DNA of 29,278 nucleotides from Paraspadella gotoi (Eukaryota > Animalia > Chaetognatha). Both the position numbers and the translations under genes were made by a program. The stretch spans positions 1-29,278 of the forward strand of contig JBJCIZ010000751.1 of assembly GCA_051294375.1 (NCBI GenBank). The letters run 5' to 3'. Shown here piece by piece: positions 18,547-27,806 of the stretch. The first letter of the stretch is position 1; the number at the start of each line of letters is the position of its first letter. The notes below the pieces were generated by a model that did not search any database, was not told the DNA's origin, and worked only from the letters and a program-made list of their open reading frames with translations.

Positions 18547-18696
18547 TTGCGCAATCAGTCAAATAGCTTGAAAGAAGGTTAAATAGACGGGTTCCTTAGT
18601 GAGTCATTCCTGGAAAAGAAAAACGATGGCGCCGTTAGTCTGACCTCGTTCTTTTTTCACAAGTTAAAACAGATATGCAAATTTTTTTTTTATAAA
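18547..18696 (+). promoter_or_regulatory. Promoter of membrane protein B: C/EBP, AP-1, STAT/GAS, octamer, TATA
   Basis: TTGCGCAAT 18547-18555, TGAGTCA 18600-18606 abutting TTCCTGGAA 18607-18615, ATGCAAAT 18675-18682, TATAAA 18691-18696. Confidence 0.55.
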
Positions 18697-18880
18697 CGGC
18701 GTCCATTCATTTCTTTGTTCTACGGAATTCGCGCTTCCTCTTCCTCTCTTATCTTTCCCCATAAATAACCCTAGACATTTAGTTTTATTCCAACCCCTCG
18801 TTCGGTCTCTTAAAACTTTTTTTCGCTCCTTTACTTTCTAATCCTAAAGTTTACTGATAAAGAACTAAAGAAAAAAAAAG

Positions 18881-20542
18881 ATGACCAAAATAAAATTCAT
18901 TTTATTAATCACTCTCTTCGGTTGCGTTCGCGCCACGACGTACGATCAATGTATGGCCCGTATGCGCTCTCGAATGCCAACTATACAAGCTCAATATTAC
19001 TGCTCCCGTTTTCCCAAGATGACAACGTCAACTACAACCACCAAACCAATCGCGCCCGTCTCAACTACGGCGGTCACCAATTCGCCAATCGTCTTAATCA
19101 CGGCTTCGCCAAATAATTTTTTAGCGACGTGCATTCGGAGGATAGCGTACTCTAGACCCTTAGGTTAATATTTAATTAATAATAAAAATTTTAAGGTATA
19201 ATTTTTTTTTAAACCGAGTTATTATTTTTTTTAAGATTACGCGCAAAGGATTTGTCGGATGCTCGAAAGTCGGATAAGTGAGGAAAGAACGACGCTTTCA
19301 AGCACTTTGACGATCCCAACGACGATAGCGCCGCCAACAACGACAAACTCTACGAAAGTTACGACAGCGACGCCCACGACGCCGCTGACGACAACAATAT
19401 CATCGCCAGGATCAACAAAGGGCGCAGTAGCGCCAGTAGCGTCGACAACTTTGGCGACAGCGACGCTCACGACGCCGCTGACGACAACAATATCGTCGCG
19501 AGGATCAACAAAGAGCACAGTAGCGCCAGTAGCGTCGACAACTTTGGCGCCGGCGACGCTTACGGCGCCGTTGACGTCACAAAAAATATTTTATACTCAA
19601 AATTGTACTATTACTACTCCCGCGAAAAATCAGGTCGTTCAAAACGGCACAATTAGATTTTTTCGTGGAACAAACGACGAAACGGCTAATGCGGAATCTG
19701 GATCGTTCATTTTCGCATTAACGATCTTGGCTCTCGTATTCATTTTCGCATTAACGATCTTGGCTCTCGTATTTTTTACCATAATACCCCTCGGCATAGT
19801 TTTTGTAAAGTTTTTACGTAAGAAAAAAAGAAGAAGGNNNNNNNNNNNNNNNNNNNNNNNNNNNNNNNNNNNNNNNNNNNNNNNNNNNNNNNNNNNNNNN
19901 NNNNNNNNNNNNNNNNNNNNNNNNNNNNNNNNNNNNNNNNNNNNNNNNNNNNNNNNNNNNNNNNNNNNNNNNNNNNNNNNNNNNNNNNNNNNNNNNNNNN
20001 NNNNNNNNNNNNNNNNNNNNNNNNNNNNNNNNNNNNNNNNNNNNNNNNNNNNNNNNNNNNNNNNNNNNNNNNNNNNNNNNNNNNNNNNNNNNNNTTTCAC
20101 CATAAACCCTCGGCATAGTTTTTGTAAAGTTTTTACGTAAGAAAAAAAGAAGAAGGCAAAGACAAAGACATCAACCGTCGCCACTTCGGTAGTTCCCATT
20201 AATAATTATTGGGGACATTTTCGGATGGAACCTCTTCCTCTGGCGGTTGTAGAACAACCGGTTCCGATCTCTTTCTTTTTTTTTCAAAGACAAAGACATC
20301 AACCGTCGCCACTTCCGGTAGTTCCCATTAATAATTATTGGGGACATTTTCGGATGGAACCTCTTCCTCTGGCGGTTGTAGAACAACCGAGTCCGTCGCA
20401 TTCTCACTATAATCTCCCACCGCCCCCTTCTATTCCAAACGATTCGCCTTCTGGCTCTCGTTTATCTTGGGATCCGACTTACGACATGGGAGATAATTTC
20501 GAAGATTCGTACGAGCATCCTTACGATACTCCCAGAGTTTAA
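18881..20542 (+). CDS. Spliced type I mucin-like membrane protein B (exon 18881-19163, intron 19164-19235, exon 19236-20542 crossing an N-gap)
   Basis: Signal peptide MTKIKFILLITLFGCVRA; two two-Cys motifs; Thr-rich stalk with N-glycosylation sequons (NST, NCT, NGT); TM with a 33-bp duplication; stop-transfer RKKKRRR; tail ending SYEHPYDTPRV. The splice RPL|DYAQRICRMLES joins the two ORF-track ORFs in frame. Confidence 0.82.
19838..20094. other. Assembly gap (N run); flanks overlap each other
   Basis: About 60 bp after the gap nearly duplicates the sequence immediately before it. Confidence 0.9.
20157..20390. repeat. About 129-bp tandem duplication in the cytoplasmic tail of protein B
   Basis: CAAAGACAAAGACATCAACCGTCG...GTAGAACAACCG at 20157 and 20285; the first copy lacks one C. 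Confidence 0.85.
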
Positions 20543-20768
20543 ATAAAATTACCTAAACATACTAATAAATTTTTATTCACCTTGTTTAATCGTTTTTTAT
20601 TTGTCTTCCCAGTTGATTAAACAATTCTGTTTGAGTTGTTAAAAAAATACTTATTAAATAATATTACCTAATTACTAATAAATTTTTATTCACCTCGTAT
20701 AATCGTTTTTATTTAATCCAAAGTATTTTATTTGTCCTCTCGGTTGATTAAGCAGTTTTTGAGTTGTT
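20541..20768. terminator. Duplicated bidirectional polyadenylation region between convergent genes
   Basis: AATAAA and TTTATT back to back (ACTAATAAATTTTTATT) in two copies of a unit of about 100 bp (about 20548 and 20663). Confidence 0.55.
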
Positions 20769-20937
20769 AGCAGCAGCAACAAAATTTTCTCCAGTTGAAA
20801 GAAGCTTTCAGTTGAATAACGATATAATTTTCGCAACTATCGCATTTTAATTCCGGTTTGCACAATTTACATTTGTGACGAGTGATTTTTATTTTTCTTC
20901 TCTCGCGAGATTCGCAAACTTTTTTTTCAAGCTCCAT
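20767..20937 (-). CDS. Small Cys-rich protein (56 aa; CxxC-x5-CxxC and C-terminal CCCC)
   Basis: MELEKKVCES...HKCKLCKPELKCDSCEN...WRKFCCCC; GCCATGG Kozak context, TATAAA at 20979-20974, AP-1 array upstream, polyA signals downstream. Confidence 0.6.
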   Translation of the reverse strand: MELEKKVCESRERRKIKITRHKCKLCKPELKCDSCENYIVIQLKASFNWRKFCCCC

Positions 20938-21008
20938 GGCTCCGTATGAGTACCCGTTTCTCGTCAAGATCCATTTATACTCCCGCAGTCCTCCATAGAT
21001 TGACCGAA

Positions 21009-21041
21009 TGAGTCACGAAAATGAGTCACGAAAATGAATCA
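21009..21041. promoter_or_regulatory. AP-1 array: TGAGTCA x2 plus TGAATCA at a 13-bp period
   Basis: Direct reading; about 30 nt upstream of the minus-strand TATA at 20974-20979. Confidence 0.6.
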
Positions 21042-21417
21042 TCCGTTACGCATTGTAAGTTTCCCTCCCACCGATGATCGTCCCGCTGAGATCGTCCCGC
21101 TCAACTTCGTCCCGCTGAAGAGATTTCTGACCGCGCCATCGCCGGGGAACGGAGTCGGCGCCCGGCCGCCACCCGCAGATTTGCCGGCATCGACGCGCGC
21201 CAGCAGAGGCGGAAGTGCCGGAGACGTTGAGTTCGATGGCGCCGATGAGCCGAAGCGGAGACGTCTCCGGCGAATGCCCGTTGGAGGGAAAGCGAGGGAT
21301 GCGCCGACGGTTGAGAGAGACGAGAAGACGACGCAGAGAGAGAAGAAGGCAGAGAGAGAGAGAGCAGAGAGAGAGAGAAGAGACGAGGAGCAGAGAGAGA
21401 CGTCACGCATTCCATGA
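21034..21417 (+). CDS. Hypothetical protein with NLS-like PKRRR and charged C-terminus
   Basis: GC-rich ORF in AT-rich surroundings; all frames are fairly open, so the frame and strand are uncertain. Confidence 0.3.
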   Translation: MNHPLRIVSFPPTDDRPAEIVPLNFVPLKRFLTAPSPGNGVGARPPPADLPASTRASRGGSAGDVEFDGADEPKRRRLRRMPVGGKARDAPTVERDEKTTQREKKAERERAERERRDEEQRETSRIP

Positions 21418-23817
21418 CGTTACCTTGATTTTCTTCCTAATTTCTCTGCCATTTATTCATGGATCTTGATTTTTATAAGCTTCTGAATATTTTTTTTCTT
21501 TCTAAATTTCTCGCTTTTTTAATCTTTAAATCAAGACTCGTTTCCGTGGCTTGATAAACTCTATCTTACTACATAAACGGTAAATTAAGCTTAAGTATAG
21601 CTAAAAAGAATAACAGGATTTTATGGAGGCCATCAAATTAACTGAATCTCTTTCGTCAAAGAAAATTGGACTTTTCTAGTCCGACGAGGTAGATAGTTTA
21701 TCTTTATATCCCAGAAACTCCTTCTTTATCTTTCCAATCGTTTTATTATCCTCGTTTGCAAATGAACTTGAAAAATAACTCTATCTCTCTCCTTTCTTCC
21801 TCTCTCCTCGTCTCCATTGTTTAGAGAACTTGTAACAAACGGAGTCGCATAAAAAACCAAACAAAGCCCTTGCCAATGCCAATGCCTAATTGCCTTTATA
21901 CGCTTTTATAGTAGGAATCGATGTTACCAAAGAGCCTTTTACGAGATTGAATAATGAATAATGTAACTTTTTATGCGCTTGGATAATTAGTAATGATTAT
22001 TTATAGCTTAAACCTTTGTACATGAAAGATATTTCATAATGGGTAGGAATTGTTTGTTTTCAGTGATAACATATCCTCCAAAGTCAGGGCGAAGACGTCT
22101 TATTTATTTAATTAATTAAAGGTTTAATTTTATATTGCAGTTCTGTAGCAATTTCCGCCATCTGCGCGGATTCTTTTTTTATTTTAGCAGAAACGAGTAA
22201 ATCTAGGATCATCCGTATAATAATTATTTTTCCTCTATTAAAGAAAAAATCAATGAAATTTCGACAGTCCATGAGTCTACAACTTGAGGATTTTATTTCC
22301 GCTGGCCCGAGTGTAATAATCGTGGAGAGTGATAACGAACGGACTGACGACAGACGACAGACGACTGCGACCTGACGCAGGGATGTACTTGATGGTTCTT
22401 GTATATCTATCACGTAGCCAACGAGACACTGTTGGCGTGTCCGTCGGAAAAAGCGTTTAGGAATTAATTTTCGGCCAGAAAAAGGGTTGGAGTCGGTCCG
22501 ACCCGCCAGTCGGTGGGTACGTTGTCACGGACTCATTGCACGGTGATGGTTATTGCCAGGTGGTTCTTCATTGCTGGCGATTTGTATCACTATCGAGTAT
22601 CACTAATTTTTTTATGAAAATGTTTTTTTCTATCGCTCGAAGGGTTAATTACGCCTCTTTAGAATAATCGCCTCGCTCTCTGTCTCTCTCTCTCTTCTCT
22701 CCGTCTCTCTGCTCTTCTCTCCTCTGTCTCACTCGCGCCAGAAGGCGATTCCACGGTTTTAGCACCTGCCGTTCATACATTCTGTCGTTAAAGGTTCCAT
22801 CACCATTTCTATCTGCCTCTCTCTCGATTAATCTATTCTCGCTCTTTCACGACAAGTGCTGTCTGGTTCTTTTTTTTTCTTTTATTCCTTTCTCTTAGCT
22901 TTCTTTCCATCTTTCTTTCTTTCCCACCTTTCTTTATTTCTATCTTCTCCTTTTCCGTCCTTCCTTTCTTTTTTTCTTCACAGTCCTCTCAGTCCTCGGT
23001 CTTTTGTCTCTTTCTTTCCTCTTAGCGCGACTTTTTCGAATTCTCAACAGAAGGGGCGTAACCAACTAGGTCTTTCTGGTGTCTCTCTTTCCTTTTTCTT
23101 CTCTCCTCTTCTCTCTCTCTTCTCTCTCTCTCTTCTCTTGTCATTCTCTCTCATCTCTCACTTTCTCTCTCTCCCTCCTTCCATTTTCCTCTCTCCCTTT
23201 CCTACTTTGGTTTTTTCTTCTTTAAATTTTTACCTTCAGTTTTTTTCCGCGCAATTTTCCCTCATTTTTCTGTCTCGCGTTATGACAGATCGTATGACAG
23301 ATCGTTATGATAGGTGTCGCCTTTACCGCCGTCGACGTCGCCGGGAAAATTTGCTCTGGCGAGAAAAACCGCCATTTGCTTCTTGGCTTTGAAAAAAAAA
23401 GAAAATGTTTGAACCTGGCTTCATTCAGCCCTCTGTTGATGTTTTTATATTCATTCTCATGTGAGTGCGTACATCAATTAAAGCCGTGTTTTGTCTCTTT
23501 GACACTTGAGAATACTATAAGTTTAAAGTTTAAACGCACATGTGATTGAAATTAAAATAAATTACGTTTGTTTCTTAACATTGGGTTTTTGTTTGTCATT
23601 TCTTTTTTTTTTTTTTAACGTTTAAAATAATTGACAAAAGATTAAACTGTAAATATTAAAAATTAAATAAAATGGAATTAAAAACTATGAATATACTTAA
23701 GAAATATTTTAAAAATCTAAAAAGCCAATAAATCAGTGAAAACAGTAATTTTACTACCTCGGCCTCTTCTCTCCCTCCCTCTCCTCTCTCTCCTCTCTCT
23801 CCCTCTTTCTCCTCCAG

Positions 23818-23949
23818 AATCACGCGACTGACGGTCATACTCTCTCGTCTCCATCTCTTCTCCAACTCTTCCGGGCGATTTCGCTACGCAGTCAATGTAT
23901 CCAGTTTTTGGCCCCAACATCGACCCGAAGAACGAAGTTGTCGCAAACT
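23818..23949 (+). other. Possible host exon
   Basis: Long CT tract and CAG acceptor, open frame ITRLTVILSRLHLF...SCRKLPVE, then G|GTGAAG; no recognised homology. Confidence 0.3.
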
Positions 23950-26900
23950 TCCCGTGGAGGTGAAGAGTACGTCGGCACTAGATGCGTCGGCACAGTTGCA
24001 TCGTCAGTTGCGTCGGTAATAGCATCGACAGCAATTGCGTCTTACAGTTGCCTCGTCCATTGCCATTGAAAATCACGAGGGTTATGACATCAGAGGTATG
24101 TTGGCAGTTTGCATTGACACAAATTTGTAATTGGATACAGATACGCAATTAACGGCAATTACTTCAGTAATTTTTTTTTTTTTTCTGAAAAGAAAACAGA
24201 GCAAACAAATAATTGCAGAATGGTTGCAAAATAACTTATGTCAACAATAACACGAGAACAAATGAGGGGAAGATAAAATGAAAAAGAAGAAGAGATCGGG
24301 AGATCAAGTCAAGCAACTCCGTCCACCAATAAGACGGCAATCAATCACGGGAACTTCGGGAAGCGAGGCAGGCTGCCCGTTTCGCGCTGAAGGCATGACA
24401 GAAAGTCTCTCAAAAAAAGTGCTTAGACGTTTTGCCGATATCTAAAGCCCTGCATTCGTTGCTTGGAGTTTGGCGAAATTTTTAAGTTTGAGAAGCATCC
24501 AGGTCCGCATGCCCCGAAGGTAGTAAACAGCCAGAGGGAATGAAGCCAACGTCCGCCGTGCAGTTTGCCTTCGTACTTAGCATGTTTGGCCTGGCGAGCT
24601 GTGTTTGTGTCGGCATAGTTGCGTTGGCAGCAGTTGCGCCTTGTAATAGCAAACGAATGATTGCATTGGCCTTTATCCAACAATTGTATAGCATCCAATT
24701 GGCCTAGTGCTTTTGCGTTCTGCATTCGCATGGGCACAGTTGCAATCACGCAGTTGTCTGTAGAATACAAACTAATATGGAAACATATATTCACATAAAA
24801 GTCGAGACCTGAAGATTGGATAGACTCAGAAGGGACGGCTCTCGGGAAGAGGAGGATTAAGATCGTGGTTGGCTTCAACTGTCATTTTTGTGGGCGGTTA
24901 CATTTGTAATAGTGTCGGAGCTAATTGGCAGTATTTGAGTCACAGTTTACATCGAACAATTTGCGAACAAAACAGTTTACGACAACACAGTTGCGTCGGC
25001 ATTGTCCCGCATTTGCGTTTGGCAAATCTAACTCCGGCATTTATTCGGCATACGCGTCGGACATCGATTGCCGCTTCGGCTTCCAACTTTATTTCCCCTT
25101 TGTTTCTAGTTTCCATCTTTTTTTTTTTTGTCAGTTTTCAATGAATAAATTTCGGTTTAACGAATCCGGTTTTAAGGCCAGGGATCACTCAACCTAAAAT
25201 TGTGAAATCTCAAATTTACTGTATCTTAATCATTTTCTGCAGCATCCCGAAAGAGGATTTCTATAAAAAATAATCAAAAACTTGTGAAAAATCTACCCAA
25301 AATGTTCATAAAAATTTTAACAAAATTTTTCTTCGTAAAACTAGATTTTCAAGAGAAAAATATTTTTTAAAATGTAAAGCTAATTTCTACAACCCAAATT
25401 GTTAACTTAAAACTTGTTTTTTTACAGTAAGCTTCAATTTAACTTCTATATTTAATTCTTTTTTGGTGCAAGTACGTACTTGGAGCTGTATCGACTAATA
25501 AGGTTAAAAAAATTAAAATAACTACTCTACACAGATTTTTCCAGAAGGGTTTTTATGCTTTTATGAGTTTTATGAGTTAAAAAAACTTATCGAATTTATT
25601 TCAAATTTGACTTTTTAGTATACTGAAATGTTTATATCATAAAGAGTTGCCGCTATTTTCTCGGAATCTCTGAAAAAAAAATCAAATCAAATTAAAAATC
25701 AGTAAGGCCATTTTTCTTAAGATTTCGGAGTTGTAACTAAATCCCATCATCACATCCATTGCTTGTATATGTTTTGGTGAATCTTGCAAGAGTAATGAGT
25801 AAGAATTGAACTTTCTTGACGAAGAGAAGTTAAAAACGAAGAGTTGCAGCTTCAAACCGTTGGACTCTTCTTGAAGAAAAAAATATGTTGGCAAGAAAGG
25901 AAAGGTGGGGGAGATTCTATGAGCGCGTTTTGGAAAAACGTTTTTCGTTTCAAAATATATCAAGGATTATCCCAAAATGATTAAAATAATCAGATTTCTA
26001 TGAAGGAATGCAATTTTGAAATATCTTTTCATAGAATTGAGTCGCTGACCTAAAGGTAATTCATGCCAAATTTCAATGAGAAACCGCTTTACCGTTTGGG
26101 CTGCAACTCTTCAAATAGGTTCTTTATTTATATAGTACAAAAAAAATCAAAAAAACGACTACGCTTTTGAAAAAATAGTAAAGTGAATACATTTTCGGAA
26201 TCGTTCAGGAGCTTTCCTTTCCGAAATCCGAGCTGCGGTTTTAGACCTAATTATAATTTGAATTGAGTGATCCGGACCTTAACGCAGGTTCATGAATATT
26301 TTAAGATAACGATTAGGTTTAGAGAGAATTTTGATCGTTTTCACCGGCCTTCGGAGTCCAAACGAAATAAAAGAGATAGATTTAGTAAGTTAACTGAAAT
26401 GATACAAACAAACAAACAAACAAGGTATTTTCGTCTTTACCATGTTGAGACAACTTTTTCCTTTTTTCCCCCCAACAGCAGAGACAACTCGTGGATTCTT
26501 GGTGCGTGGAAAAAGACATGAGGTTTTACGCTAAATACTTGGGTAAGTGTTTTTTTAACTTATATATCGCACATCCTTCGATTAGAAATGTTTTATTAAG
26601 TTTTTCCTTTCTTTAAGGATACATCTCTTCATTCAAGTTTGGCTTACTGATGGCCATCGACAATTTCTGGCTGAAATGGTCAAGTCTGTAAGTACGCAAT
26701 ACGCATGACTTCTGTCTTATATACCCTTTGTATCATTTCAAACTTTTCGTCCTACAATTTTTCTTCATTCGCTTCCTTTGCTTCCTTCCACAATTTAACC
26801 TCTCGATTCCCTTCTTTCCTTCTGATCTTTTTTCACCTCTCCTTTGCCCTCTTTCTTTCCATCCTCTCTCTCTCTCCCAATTCCTCTCTTTCCTCTCCCT

Positions 26901-27744
26901 CTCCCTCCCTCTCAGCCTGCAAGCTCCGCGCCTTCATACTCTGACGGAGCGTTGCACCAAATCCAAGTTGCGACCACGAGATGATAAAGATGCAACTGAG
27001 AGGAGCGACTGGAGAGAAGATTGACGGAAGTGGTTTCAACAGGTCGTTCGATGTTGTTGTTGTTGCTTGTTTGTGTTTTAAAGAATTTATATCTATTTCC
27101 TTATATTGTTTAAACTTAAAAAATTACGTAGTTACTTGTTTTGCTATTTTAATTTTTTATATTCTAAAATATTTATTCGTTTAACCCTATTTTTAATTTA
27201 TATTTTTCTATTTACTCTTTTTTTAAATTATTTAATTTATTGTTTGTGTTATTTGCCATAGTTGGTCCATGATTGCTTATAATTCGATCAAACCATTAAA
27301 AAAAATTATTTGGGCTTTCGTCGGAACAGGTTTTAGCTCAAGTGAGTTCGGCGCGAAATTCTGGTTGTTAACATTGTATACAAAAAACCGATGGGCGCCG
27401 TTGTCAGACGCATTGATGTGGCGTTGATGTAGTGTGATGTAGTATTGACGTTCGCCGCATTAACTTCGCTTCCGTCGTGAGCGACCGCGTGACTAATAAC
27501 TCGTCCCGTGAGTTTTAAAATATTCAGCCGATGTCATATTCCATTCGCTTTTGCTATTTTTTACTTCGTTGTCTCGTCCCACTGGAAATGTTGAAAAATG
27601 GCCATAATTTATATATTTTTTTATAGTATTCTCCTTTCTTCTCCCTTATTACAGTTTTCTTCTTTTTCTATCATGTTTTTAATCTGGTGTCCCTCTCTCT
27701 CATTCTCCTCTTCCTTCTACTTTATACCTTTCCCTTCCCCCATA

Positions 27745-27806
<62 letters not shown>
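27745..27806. repeat. (CT)n microsatellite in host flank
   Basis: Direct reading. Confidence 0.9.

Larger units (their letters stand above)
1..21450. mobile_element. Polinton/Maverick (adintovirus-like) endogenous element, left part outside the window; right end approximate
   Basis: Packaging ATPase, retroviral-like integrase, minor and major capsid, adenain-like protease and protein-primed PolB occur together, which is the defining gene set. No TIR/TSD could be identified, so the end coordinate is an estimate. Confidence 0.95.

Noticed and set aside
24423-24878. 151-aa Cys-containing ORF as a ShK/toxin-like gene
   Set aside because: The Cys spacing fits no domain, and the ORF overlaps degenerate CAGTTGCG repeats.
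26040-26450. Helitron-like non-autonomous element ends
   Set aside because: Only a vague resemblance (ACAA repeat, AT-rich tail); no definable hairpin or termini.
26916-27042. Host exon with in-frame TGA (selenoprotein?)
   Set aside because: There is a good acceptor, but all three frames contain stops, with no recognisable homology or SECIS; it cannot be supported.
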